Shown here in pieces: positions 12,594-21,514 of a stretch of DNA of 64,000 bases. The notes beneath the pieces were generated by a model, which made no database searches, had not been told where the DNA came from, and saw only the letters and a list, made by a program, of their open reading frames with translations. The position numbers and the translations under genes were made by a program. Positions within the stretch are counted from its first letter, which is position 1, and each line of letters begins with the position of its first letter. Origin of the DNA: Planctomycetota bacterium (lineage in GTDB: Bacteria > Planctomycetota > UBA8108 > SXIK01); contig OZ244999.1 in the NCBI GenBank assembly GCA_965223265.1, positions 4,576,001-4,640,000 of the forward strand. The letters are read 5' to 3'.

Positions 12594-13084
12594 GTTTGTT
12601 GTCGTTCCAGCAGTACCGCGACCTGGGCCGCGATGGCTTCGCCGCGTCCCAGCGCATCGCACCGCTCGTTGGTCTTCGCCTTGACGTTGACCGCATCATC
12701 GGCGAGGACCCAGTAGGGCTGGAGGATTTCCCGCAGTTGTTTGGCGATGCGCTGCTTGGCGGCGCCGAGTTTGATCTTCTCGAGAATTACCGTGGCGTCC
12801 AGATTCACCAGACGGTACCCGGCCGCCTTGACGTCGCGCGCGGCCGACTCCAAGAAAAACCGGCTCGACTGCCCCTTCCACTCCGGCGACGTGTCAGGAA
12901 AATGCTCGCCGATATCGCCAAGTCCGGCCGCACCATAGAGCGCGTCGCAGAGGGCATGGAGGAGGACGTCGCCGTCCGAATGAGCCTCCGCGCCGACGTC
13001 TGCTTCGATGCGCAGCCCACCGACAAAAAGGGGCTTTCCTGCCACCAATCTGTGATTGTCGATACCGAAACCTGTGCGAAACAT
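12590..13084 (-). CDS. ispF: 2-C-methyl-D-erythritol 2,4-cyclodiphosphate synthase
   Basis: RTGFGIDNH, AHSDGDVLLHALCDA, GDIGEHFPDT, VNVKAKTNE. Confidence 0.96.
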   Translation of the reverse strand: MFRTGFGIDNHRLVAGKPLFVGGLRIEADVGAEAHSDGDVLLHALCDALYGAAGLGDIGEHFPDTSPEWKGQSSRFFLESAARDVKAAGYRLVNLDATVILEKIKLGAAKQRIAKQLREILQPYWVLADDAVNVKAKTNERCDALGRGEAIAAQVAVLLERQQT

Positions 13085-13316
13085 GGGCCGGCGATTATAA
13101 CTGGGCCCAAAATGGAGAACAACGCGTCACACCCAACCGGCGCGGTTCACATTGCCGGTGAAGAAGTATCGTGGAGTCGGGCCGCCGCAGGCTCATGGCG
13201 TCGAGGCGCAAAGATCCACCGCTGAGATTGAGGATCTCCCCGCCGCGGTGAGCCGTGAAGACTCGCGAGGACGAAAAAGGTCAGTCAGCGTCATTGGGAT
13301 GAGGAGGTCGAAGGGA

Positions 13317-14054
13317 GTGTTGCAAGACACCGGTGTTATCCTCGCGGCCGCGGGAATCGGTCGCCGCTTTGGCGCCAAAAAACAGTTTCTCTCGCTCCTC
13401 GGGAAGCCACTGCTGCACTACTCGCTGGCGACATTTAGCGACATCGCGTCAGTGAGGGAAATTGTGGTCGTTGTTCCGCAAAGCGATACGCAGCGGGCAA
13501 CCGAGCTGATCGAAGCGTGGCGCCCCGCCACGAGGGCGAATGCGGCTGCGACTGCAGCACCACCGCCGTCTGTTTCGGTGCGACCAGGGGGCAAGCGACG
13601 CCAGGACTCGGTGCGCCAAGGCCTCGAAGCGCTGACCGACGCCGTGAAGTACGTTCTCGTCCATGACGCGGCGCGCCCGCTCCTGCGTCGCGAAGACGCC
13701 GACAACCTTTTGCGCGAGATCAGGGCACACGGTGCCGCGGTGATTGGCACCCCTTGCTCTGACAGTCTCAAGCGTGTGGACGCGCAGCGAGCGATTCTCG
13801 ACGAGGTTGAACGCGAAAGCATCTGGTGCGTTCAGACGCCACAGGGCGCACGTCGCGACCTCTTGCTCACCGCTTACGCTGAGCAGGGTGAACGTGACTG
13901 GACCGACGAAGCCTCACTCCTGCGCGCGGCCGGCGTTGAGCCGCGTTTGGTCGAGGGTTCCCGGGACAACTTCAAAATCACCTCGAGCGGCGACGAACAG
14001 TTGGCCGTCGCGATCTTGGAGACCCGCCGGCGGGCGAGCGATACGAAACGTTAG
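13317..14054 (+). CDS. ispD: 2-C-methyl-D-erythritol 4-phosphate cytidylyltransferase
   Basis: ILAAAGIGRRFG..KQF, GGKRRQDSV, VLVHDAARP, VQTPQ, TDEAS, NFKIT; GTG start chosen for upstream GAGGAGG. Confidence 0.95.
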   Translation: MLQDTGVILAAAGIGRRFGAKKQFLSLLGKPLLHYSLATFSDIASVREIVVVVPQSDTQRATELIEAWRPATRANAAATAAPPPSVSVRPGGKRRQDSVRQGLEALTDAVKYVLVHDAARPLLRREDADNLLREIRAHGAAVIGTPCSDSLKRVDAQRAILDEVERESIWCVQTPQGARRDLLLTAYAEQGERDWTDEASLLRAAGVEPRLVEGSRDNFKITSSGDEQLAVAILETRRRASDTKR

Positions 14055-14103
14055 CTGCGACGTTGCTGCGCACCCCGGCTGGCGGTCATCAGAGGAGTAG
14101 CCA

Positions 14104-15291
14104 TCAGATGCGTTCGAACGGATGGAACATGCGTCGATACTCATCCTGGCAGTAACGATCCGTCATGCCCGCGATGTAGTCGCACGTCGCTCGCTCGAAT
14201 CCGTCGACCTCGCCGCGGTCCTGATACGCCGGTGGCAGTTGCCGAGGATTGCGGCGATACTCGACGAACAGGTCGCGGATGAATCGCTTCGCCTTCTCGG
14301 ACATCTTCAAAGCGCGAAAGTGACGATACAGTCGCTCGCGGAGGAAGTCCTGCATCTCCTGCTTCAAGCGTTTCATCTCGGGCGAAAAGCCCACGACCAA
14401 ACGCGGATGCGCCCGCACCTGCTCGATGGTCTCAATTTTCTTGCGCTCGATCTCGGCAATCGTTGTCTCGACGAGATCCTTCACTTGCGTATCGATGAGG
14501 TGCGAGATCGTCCTCGTCACAAGTGTGCTCCCCGCGTCAGCCGCCAGCGTCCCCGATTGCGTCACGTGCTCCTCGGCGCGCCGCCAGAGTTCCACCTCAC
14601 GCAGCTCACCGAGCGTGATGAAATGCGATCGTAGGCCGTCATCGATATCGTGGTTGTCGTAGGCGAGCGAATCCGCGATGTCTGCGAGCTGCGCCTCGAG
14701 AAGCGGGCGTGTCGCAGGTTCAAATTGCTGCGTCACCGATCCGAAGTCGTGATCGCCATGCTTGACGATCGACTCCCGGACTTCCCAGGAAAGATTGAGT
14801 CCGTCAAACTCCGGGTAACGTTTCTCCAAAACGTCGACGATTCGCAGGCTCTGCAGGTTGTGATTGAAGCCGCCGTCAGCGGCCATCAACTCATCGAGAG
14901 CTTCTTCGCCGGCGTGCCCAAAGGGAGAGTGTCCCAAATCGTGCGCCAGGGCGATCGACTCCACAAGGTCCTCGTTGAGGCGAAGAGTGCGCGCAATCGA
15001 GCGCGAGATCTGCGCCACCTCAATCGTGTGCGTCAACCGTGTGCGGTAGTGGTCGCCCTCGTGATTGACAAAAACTTGCGTTTTGTATTCCAAACGCCGA
15101 AACGCCGTTGAATGCACAATGCGGTCGCGGTCGCGCTGGTAGCATGTGCGGTAGCTCGACGGGGCGTCGTCATGCACGCGCCCGCGGGACTCTTCGCTGC
15201 GCATGGCATAGCCGGCAAGCGACTGACGCTCGCGCTGGTGAAGCGCCTCGACGTCCATCAATCGCGGCGACGTCGCTGATCTTCGATTCAT
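14104..15291 (-). CDS. dgt: Deoxyguanosinetriphosphate triphosphohydrolase (housekeeping HD dNTPase)
   Basis: RDRDRIVHSTAFRRLEYKTQVF, RTRLTHT, AHDLGHSPFGHAGE, DYIAGMTD; start uncertain (15291 or 15258). Confidence 0.93.
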   Translation of the reverse strand: MNRRSATSPRLMDVEALHQRERQSLAGYAMRSEESRGRVHDDAPSSYRTCYQRDRDRIVHSTAFRRLEYKTQVFVNHEGDHYRTRLTHTIEVAQISRSIARTLRLNEDLVESIALAHDLGHSPFGHAGEEALDELMAADGGFNHNLQSLRIVDVLEKRYPEFDGLNLSWEVRESIVKHGDHDFGSVTQQFEPATRPLLEAQLADIADSLAYDNHDIDDGLRSHFITLGELREVELWRRAEEHVTQSGTLAADAGSTLVTRTISHLIDTQVKDLVETTIAEIERKKIETIEQVRAHPRLVVGFSPEMKRLKQEMQDFLRERLYRHFRALKMSEKAKRFIRDLFVEYRRNPRQLPPAYQDRGEVDGFERATCDYIAGMTDRYCQDEYRRMFHPFERI

Positions 15292-15520
15292 GGGCTTCGG
15301 TTTCTTCTTTTCGGTTTCTTCTTTTCGGCGACTCGCCGGGGACGCAGGCACGCGCGCGGCGGGGTGAGGGGTTGCGGTCGCACGCGGCGCACATGCCAGC
15401 TTGAGCGCCAGGTGAAAACGAACTATTGTTCCAGAATGAATCGACTTTTGCTACTCACCCCGAACGGTGTTCGGCGCCAAGCATTGACAGAAGATCTCAA
15501 CCGCGCACGGAAGGCAATCT

Positions 15521-16402
15521 TTGATGGCGCCTTCTGATCCCCCTGCCTGGAGCTGGAAGTCTCCGTCACATCCATCGGCTGCGCACGGCCTGCGCTACCA
15601 GCCCGGCAATTGGGGCGACATCCTCAAAGGCTGCTGGGCTCTCCATGTCGTCGACGCCATCATCGCCACCAAGGGCGCCTCCGCGTCGCCGCTGCGCTGT
15701 CTCGACCCGTTCGCTGGAGCTGTCTCTTACCCGCTCGAGCCAGCAGCAAGGCAACGTCTTCACGATGTCCGCGAGCCGCCACTGACCGAGAGCCAGGAGG
15801 AGTTCAGCCGCGCAGGACGGCTCGCGTCCACAGCTTCGCTCATTCTGGCGCGGTGTCGACAGAAAGGCAGAGCGGCCGAGCTTCATATCTTCGACACCGA
15901 CACCAACCGACGCGACTCATGGCAGGAGGCTGCAGGGAGCCACGTGCTCGACGTCGCCAGCTGCGACGAGGCGCTGACGAGCGCTGCGCAAGGAGCTGAA
16001 TTCGACCTGATTCTCATCGACCCCTATGACTTCTTCGATCGCTGGGGACTCTGGCTGCGCTCTGCGATTCGTCTCGCGCGACGCTCACTCGTTCTCGTCT
16101 ACCTCTACAACAAGTCGCCGCGCAGCACTGGTCACTTGCATCAGTATCGCCGCTGCATCGACGAGCTGCGGTCCGCTGCACTAAAGGGCACCGCCATTGT
16201 GATCGGCCGACTTCCCGCCGACGCGACGCTGCCCCGCGCCTACCACGAAGTGATGCTCCTCGGAAGCGCACGCGCGGTCACAACGCTGCGAGAAGATCTG
16301 CAGCGACTCACGTCACGCCTTTTCGCCCACGTCGCCGTCCCGGGCAGTTTCGAGGCATTCGAGGGAGCCGGTGAGCTTGTCGACGACGACGCGCCGGGAT
16401 AG
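15521..16402 (+). CDS. RlmJ-like SAM-dependent methyltransferase (divergent)
   Basis: PGNWGDILK, CLDPFAGAVSY and LILIDPYD resemble RlmJ AGNHADVLKH, YLDTHAG.G.Y and LIDPPYE. Confidence 0.55.
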   Translation: MMAPSDPPAWSWKSPSHPSAAHGLRYQPGNWGDILKGCWALHVVDAIIATKGASASPLRCLDPFAGAVSYPLEPAARQRLHDVREPPLTESQEEFSRAGRLASTASLILARCRQKGRAAELHIFDTDTNRRDSWQEAAGSHVLDVASCDEALTSAAQGAEFDLILIDPYDFFDRWGLWLRSAIRLARRSLVLVYLYNKSPRSTGHLHQYRRCIDELRSAALKGTAIVIGRLPADATLPRAYHEVMLLGSARAVTTLREDLQRLTSRLFAHVAVPGSFEAFEGAGELVDDDAPG

Positions 16403-16412
16403 ATTCCCCGGC

Positions 16413-16532
16413 GCGTTTGCGTTTGCGTTTGCGTTTGCGTTTGCGTTTGCGTTTGCGTTTGCGTGGGCGTTTGCGTTTGCGTGGGCGTGGGCGTGGGCGT
16501 GGGCGTGGGCGTGGGCGTGGGCGTGGGCGTGT
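16413..16532. repeat. Hexamer microsatellite (GCGTTT/GCGTGG)n, about 20 units
   Basis: Read directly; further units at ~16578-16636 and 16681-16695, inverted units at ~17419-17449. Confidence 0.95.
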
Positions 16533-16537
16533 GGGTC

Positions 16538-16675
16538 TTCCAAAGTAGCAGGCACACGCCTGTGTGCCGTCCGGACCGTGTGCGTGTGCGTGTGCGTGTG
16601 CGTGGGCGTTTGCGTGGGCGTGGGCGTGGGCGTGTGGGTCTTCCAAAGTAGCAGGCACACGCCTGTGTGCCGTCC
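16538..16675 (+). repeat. Two GTAG-type REP-like palindromes (16538-16572, 16641-16675)
   Basis: TTCCAAAGTAGCA-GGCACAC-GCCT-GTGTGCC-GTCC in direct orientation. Confidence 0.85.
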
Positions 16676-16752
16676 GGACCGTGGGCGTGGGCGTGCGAGC
16701 TATGACACGAGTAACCGTACGGCGGCGGTTAGGTCGATGGTACGCGGTGCTC

Positions 16753-16807
16753 GGGACTGTCAAGAGTGCCCTCGCTGCGCTCGGCGCTTCGCGCTCTTGA
16801 CAGTCCC
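16753..16807. other. Hairpin with 14-bp perfect stem GGGACTGTCAAGAG/CTCTTGACAGTCCC
   Basis: Inverted repeat 16753-16766 and 16794-16807; TTGACA lies within the stem. Confidence 0.8.
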
Positions 16808-16885
16808 TCCGCGCCGCGTTGGGGGGTGGGGTACCGCCGCCCGGATGCGGCGGGCTCTCGATTCACCTTCCTTCGGAGGCCTTCT

Positions 16886-17209
16886 ATGCGTTTCATCGCT
16901 CTCGACGTCAGTCTCGGCTTGATCGGCGAATTGCGACTTCCTTTAGCGCGCCTTCGGCGTCTCGATCCGGACCTGCACCGGCAGATTCGGCGCGCTGCTT
17001 CTTCGGTGGCGCTCAATCTCTCGGAGGGAGCTGAACGCGCCGGCAAAGATCGCCAGCACCTTTTTCGCATAGCGCGCGGCGGTGCGCGCGAGGTCGAAAC
17101 GGCGCTGCGCGTCGCCCAGTCCTGGGGCGACCTGAAGCGCGACGACGTCGCGAGCGCTCTCAAGACGCTCGATCGACTGCTGGCGCTTCTTGGCGGGCTG
17201 ACTCGCTGA
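16886..17209 (+). CDS. Four-helix-bundle protein (23S rRNA IVP / Avd-like family)
   Basis: QIRRAASSVALNLSEG, FRIARGGAREV motifs; GGAGG RBS before ATG 16886; 107 aa. Confidence 0.88.
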   Translation: MRFIALDVSLGLIGELRLPLARLRRLDPDLHRQIRRAASSVALNLSEGAERAGKDRQHLFRIARGGAREVETALRVAQSWGDLKRDDVASALKTLDRLLALLGGLTR

Positions 17210-17280
17210 GCATCACGTCGTGGCGCCCGCTGCCTCCGTGGCGGGCACAATCCCCTGCGTTCGACCGAAGCGAGAGCGTC

Positions 17281-17404
17281 TTCCAAAGTAGCAGGCACAT
17301 GCCATGTGCCGTCCGTCTTGTGTGCGAGTGCGAGTGCGTGGGCCGACTAGCACTCTGTCTCTGGCTCCGTTTCCAAAGTAGCAGGCACATGCCATGTGCC
17401 GTCC
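17281..17404 (+). repeat. Two GTAG-type REP-like palindromes (17281-17314, 17371-17404)
   Basis: TTCCAAAGTAGCA-GGCACAT-GCC-ATGTGCC-GTCC; compensatory stem change relative to the 16.5-kb copies. Confidence 0.85.
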
Positions 17405-17489
17405 GGTCGGTCACGGTCCACGCCCACGCAAACGCAAAACGCAAACGCTCACAAGACGTGACTGTCTCTGCCTCTTAACCGCCGCAAGC

Positions 17490-18266
17490 TCAGCGCTTGG
17501 CTTCGCGAATGATCTCGCGTGCACCCTGTGGCGTGAGACCGTTCCAACCAACCGGGGCAGCGAGGCCGTGCCGCTCGAGAAGTGCTCGGTCTGTCAGGAT
17601 GTCGACTGCCGGTCCGTCAGCGTGAATCCTTCCCGACTCAAGAACCAAGACACGATCGCATGAGAGCAAAATGAACGGCAAATCGTGCGATGCGACCAAC
17701 CGTGCCTGCGACGTCTCGTCAAGCCTGGTGATCAAGTCGCGCTGGCCACGCGGATCTAGATCGCTTGTCGGCTCGTCCAAGATCAGGACGTCCGGGCCGT
17801 ACGCGAGCACCGTCGCCAGCGCGACCCTTCGTCGTTCGCCGCTCGAGAGGTGATGCGGTACACGCTCCTCAAAACCGGCGAGCCCGACGAACGCCAAGGC
17901 GTCGCTCACGCCCTCGTCGATTTGTCGGGCATCCATGCCGAAGTTCTCAGGCCCAAACGCGACGTCCTCGCGCACGCTCGGGCTGAAAAGCTGGTCTTCC
18001 GTCTCTTGAAAGACGACACCCAAATGGCGCCGAATCTCCTGATCGAAGCCTTCGCCGTAGGATCGACCGAGCACTTTGACTTCTCCTGACTGCGGCTGAA
18101 GCAGGCCAGAGATGAGAAGAAACAGCGTCGTCTTGCCGGCACCGTTGGGTCCGATGAGTCCCACGGATTCCCGGGGTCGTAGACGTAGAGAAACGTCGTC
18201 GATCGCGCGTCGCCCGTCGGGATAGGTGAAGCCAACGTGGGATAGGTGCAGCGGGTCGCCGTTCAA
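17490..18266 (-). CDS. cbiO: ECF transporter ATPase (CbiO/NikO)
   Basis: GPNGAGKTT, EDVAFGPEN, LSSGERRRVA, LILDEPT, SHD; TTG start overlapping cbiQ stop with GGAGG RBS. Confidence 0.9.
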   Translation of the reverse strand: MNGDPLHLSHVGFTYPDGRRAIDDVSLRLRPRESVGLIGPNGAGKTTLFLLISGLLQPQSGEVKVLGRSYGEGFDQEIRRHLGVVFQETEDQLFSPSVREDVAFGPENFGMDARQIDEGVSDALAFVGLAGFEERVPHHLSSGERRRVALATVLAYGPDVLILDEPTSDLDPRGQRDLITRLDETSQARLVASHDLPFILLSCDRVLVLESGRIHADGPAVDILTDRALLERHGLAAPVGWNGLTPQGAREIIREAKR

Positions 18267-19039
18267 GCGAACCTCCAAGCCAAAAGACCGAGGCCGCAAG
18301 CGATCAATGCAGACGCCAACAGAACATCACGACGCCGGGTACGAAAGTTCGTCGTCTCGGGAAACGTCCCATCGAACCCTCGGCATAGCATGGCGCTGTG
18401 GATTCGCTCCGTACGCTCGAACGAGCTCACGAGCAGACCTCCAACGAGGTGTCCAAGCCGACGCCCGGTCGTGCGGTCAAGGCGAGGGACGAACCCACGC
18501 ATCGTCATGGCACGGCGAACACGGCAGTACTGATCGCGATGCACGAAAAGATAACGGTACGAGAATCGAATCATTTGGACGATGGGCACCGGGACCCGGA
18601 GCGCCCTCAGCGCCTGCAGCGTGACCACGAAGCGCGTCGTCCCCAGCGCTGGAAAGATGAGGAGAGTGACCGCAACGACACGCAGCGACACCAAAACGCC
18701 GACAGCGAGTCCAACACTCGAGTACCACCGCGAAGAGTCGTCAGGTGATTGCGGTCCAGTGAGTGCGAAGACGATGACGACAGCGAGTGCGAACGGAACA
18801 AGAAACACGACGCTCCGGATTGCAGCCACCAGCGGTATCCGAGACATCCAAACGAAGCCAACCGCCAAAACCGTCGCGGCGACAATGGGAGGCGTATCCG
18901 CGCGCCACGCCGACGTCTTGTGCACCGGCAAGAGTCCGACGCACAGCATGAAGACGAAAAAACTGAACAACTTCCAGCGTGGATCCCAATTGTGAAAAAT
19001 CGAACTGGCAGCAGCATAGCGGTCAATATCAGGCCCCAT
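18263..19039 (-). CDS. cbiQ: ECF transporter T component (CbiQ/NikQ)
   Basis: HNWDPRWKL, multiple TMs, ALRALRVP, FSYRYL, AMTMRGF and AMLCRGF Arg motifs. Confidence 0.88.
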   Translation of the reverse strand: MGPDIDRYAAASSIFHNWDPRWKLFSFFVFMLCVGLLPVHKTSAWRADTPPIVAATVLAVGFVWMSRIPLVAAIRSVVFLVPFALAVVIVFALTGPQSPDDSSRWYSSVGLAVGVLVSLRVVAVTLLIFPALGTTRFVVTLQALRALRVPVPIVQMIRFSYRYLFVHRDQYCRVRRAMTMRGFVPRLDRTTGRRLGHLVGGLLVSSFERTERIHSAMLCRGFDGTFPETTNFRTRRRDVLLASALIACGLGLLAWRFA

Positions 19040-19523
19040 GCGGTTCCTTTCCGCTCTTCGCGAGCCGCACGAGGTTCGAAACCACAAGGACCGAGAGGAA
19101 CACGAGCACGACGCCGCCGACGATGCGCCCCCATCGTGGCAACCTTTCGATGCGCCCCGTACCGTCGAGGCGGATAGGAGAGTCGCCAGCACTCTTTCGC
19201 GCCGCCGCGATAGCGCTCCGCGCAACGAGGCGTTCGGCACGGTGACCCGCACCGTCGGAGACGACGACATGTAAATCGCCCGCGATGAGGGGAGTCCTGA
19301 GCGAGCCGGTGAGGTCGAGATCTGCCTCGATCGCCGGTGCGGCCGAACCGCCGTTCGCTCCGGCGACGAAGACCTTCACGCGTGCGCCGACCGCGGGGGT
19401 TGAAGAATCGAAGTGCGCCGTCACCAGCAGGTCATCGCCGACAAGGTAGACAGCCACGTCGAGGCCGTGAGCGTGAAGTGACCCGCAACTCAAAACGACA
19501 ACCGGAATCAACCAACAGCGCAC
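19029..19523 (-). CDS. Exported, membrane-anchored accessory protein of Ni/Co ECF transporter (NikL/CbiL-like)
   Basis: Signal peptide ending LHA then HG, beta-rich domain, C-terminal TM; located between the M and Q genes. Confidence 0.6.
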   Translation of the reverse strand: MRCWLIPVVVLSCGSLHAHGLDVAVYLVGDDLLVTAHFDSSTPAVGARVKVFVAGANGGSAAPAIEADLDLTGSLRTPLIAGDLHVVVSDGAGHRAERLVARSAIAAARKSAGDSPIRLDGTGRIERLPRWGRIVGGVVLVFLSVLVVSNLVRLAKSGKEPHGA

Positions 19524-19527
19524 TTAA

Positions 19528-19705
19528 CAGCCCGCCTGAAAAAGTCATTCGGCCGAAGAAACTGGCCTCTTCACGCCCAGCTCGACCGCGTCATACTCGC
19601 CATCAGAATCGAAAGAACAGGGCCCGAAGATTGCCTGCGTTTGCCGCGGCCGATCTGGACGCGAAGAGACCAGTTTTCGGCTCGAAGCACGTTTTCAACA
19701 GGCTG
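19528..19705. mobile_element. MITE, copy 1 (178 bp) with TTAA target duplication
   Basis: Imperfect TIRs CAGCCCGCCTGAAAA / TTTTCAACAGGCTG; TTAA at 19524-19527 and 19706-19709; homologous to 33547-33705. Confidence 0.85.
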
Positions 19706-20338
19706 TTAACGGCCTTCTTCGCGTGCTGGCGCCGAGGGTTCGACTCGGTGAAGAAGGTCAGGTTTGACTCGATAAATAAAAACGACAGCACTTGCCGTCA
19801 CCAGACCCTCGACGCCCGCAAGTACCGCATGCGGCAAGACAATCAGGAACCCGACGTCGCGAAGCTCGGCGCCACCAGTATACATCGTCGCTATGAAAAG
19901 TCCGATCGAAACGAGCACCGCCGCGGCGCCCGCCACAAAGCCAGCGAACGAGGCGCGTCGCGCCGTGTTCCCACCGAGGAAGCGGAACAGTACATACGCG
20001 GCCCACGCACCTCCAGCCTGTATGACCGTGTTAACGCCAAGTGTCTGAAATCCGCCGTGAACGAAGAGAAGACGTTGGTAGAACAGCGCGACGAGAATGC
20101 AAGGGAGCGCCAGACGCCCGAGAAGAATGCCGGCGAGGCCGTTGAGGATGAGGTGAACCGACGTGACCCCCACCGGCACATGGATCGACGACACCACGAA
20201 GAAGAGGCTCGTGACCACCGCCAGTGCGGGTGCCCTTGCGGCATCGAAGCGCCGCAGCGAGAGGCCAACGCCGGCAGCGGCGACCACGCCTCCCCCCACC
20301 CAAACACCGGTTGACAACAGTCCGTCGGGAACGTGCAT
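19706..20338 (-). CDS. cbiM: ECF transporter S component CbiM/NikM
   Basis: N-terminal MHVPDG metal-binding motif (NikM-like), SVHLILNGLAG, HGGFQTLGVN. Confidence 0.9.
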   Translation of the reverse strand: MHVPDGLLSTGVWVGGGVVAAAGVGLSLRRFDAARAPALAVVTSLFFVVSSIHVPVGVTSVHLILNGLAGILLGRLALPCILVALFYQRLLFVHGGFQTLGVNTVIQAGGAWAAYVLFRFLGGNTARRASFAGFVAGAAAVLVSIGLFIATMYTGGAELRDVGFLIVLPHAVLAGVEGLVTASAVVFIYRVKPDLLHRVEPSAPAREEGR

Positions 20339-20378
20339 CGAGGCTGCCAGTCTGCGCGCCAAGAACAAACCACCAGTG

Positions 20379-20404
20379 TAGCAGCCCGGGCGAAAAAGTC
20401 ATTC
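20379..20404 (+). repeat. Isolated degenerate left end of the same MITE family
   Basis: TAGCAGCCCGGGCGAAAAAGTCATTC versus TAGCAGCCCGTTGAAAAAGTCATTC at 33544. Confidence 0.55.
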
Positions 20405-20633
20405 CAACGCTCACGCCGCGGCCCAGAACCCGTCTCCGATTCGACGTCCCCCGTACCATAGGTGAGTCATGAACAGATCGCGTCAACGGCTCTACGCCGT
20501 GCACGAACATCGAACCAAAGCGACGGAAAACCAAACTGGGAAGTGCGAGCCCCTATGGTAGACTTGCAGCTGGCGACAAGCTGCGGGAGTGAACGGAGAG
20601 AGTCAACGCTGAGGCTATGGAAGGTGGGCTAAA

Positions 20634-21083
20634 ATGCAGCCTAAGAAGGATGCCCTCGCTATCGAGGAGGAAGCGCTTAAGATCGCGCGCAGCGTCGCCT
20701 TCTGCGTTGCCACCGTCGTCGGCAAGTACGCCTGCTACCCCAACGTCGACGAGGCAACCTTCGAACGAATCCACAAGAGGATCACCGGCGGCCTGACGAA
20801 ACGCCGCCGCTCGATCCGCGACGTCTGCCAGGAACTTCGCGCGGTAACATCCTGCCACGTCAAAGAGCTGGTGGAGCCGGAACGCGTCGTCGACTCGGAT
20901 GGGAACCGCGAAGAGCTCGACGAGGCGGAACTACGACTCGTCGCCATCGCAGACGTGATCCGCCGCTCGAGCCGGCTGCCCAACAGTGTCTTTCGCGAGA
21001 TTCTGACCGGCCTGCTCTCCTGGGACCCTCCCGACCGACTCGTGATTCTCGACACGCTGACGAGCATCATCCGAGGCGGTTAG
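20634..21083 (+). CDS. Hypothetical protein
   Basis: 149-aa ORF with GGAAGG RBS and GC3-rich codons; no motif recognised. Confidence 0.65.
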   Translation: MQPKKDALAIEEEALKIARSVAFCVATVVGKYACYPNVDEATFERIHKRITGGLTKRRRSIRDVCQELRAVTSCHVKELVEPERVVDSDGNREELDEAELRLVAIADVIRRSSRLPNSVFREILTGLLSWDPPDRLVILDTLTSIIRGG

Positions 21084-21129
21084 AAGCTCGGTTCAAGCGG
21101 CTTCTCCGGCCCGATCTGGCGCGGACGCG

Positions 21130-21489
21130 TCACCAATTGCGATGATCCCGCATAAAGACGCTAACCTCCTCCAAACTGCGGGCACCGATCAGGTGGCCAA
21201 TGGCTTGGACCTGCGGGAAGAACTCCTCGATGGCGCCGCAATAGTCGTCACCACTCGAGAAAATCGTCGCGTTGACGGCATTGAGCAGGAACTGCACGGC
21301 GTCTTCGGTGTTCTCTGGCGAGTACGGCTGGGCTCGGTGCGAACGTTTTACCGGTTCCTTTTCCACAGTTCTCCTCCTCGTGCTTGCGCCCTCCAAGGAA
21401 GAGTACAAAACCGAAGGCGATTCGTCGAACGACGGGCGCAATTGCCGCATGGCCAGATTCCGCACCCTGAACTCGCCTCCACAACGCAT
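21130..21489 (-). CDS. Hypothetical protein (true start may be GTG ~21366)
   Basis: GAGGAGGAG RBS-like stretch precedes VEKEPVK; no motif recognised. Confidence 0.45.
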   Translation of the reverse strand: MRCGGEFRVRNLAMRQLRPSFDESPSVLYSSLEGASTRRRTVEKEPVKRSHRAQPYSPENTEDAVQFLLNAVNATIFSSGDDYCGAIEEFFPQVQAIGHLIGARSLEEVSVFMRDHRNW

Positions 21490-21514
21490 TCCCCGGAAAT
21501 GAGTTTACGACTGC

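Noticed and set aside
16240-16922. PT/QT, HA/NA, RP/RK and AF/AW repeat ORFs
   Set aside because: Translations of a stop-free hexamer microsatellite in all frames; not credible proteins.
16538-17404. CRISPR array from ~35-bp palindromic direct repeats
   Set aside because: Only pairs, irregular spacing, spacers are microsatellites, copies dispersed and inverted elsewhere, no cas genes; fits REPs better.
20339-20633. Cobalamin or NiCo riboswitch upstream of cbiM
   Set aside because: No B12-box or other conserved riboswitch motif recognised by eye; only a MITE-end remnant.
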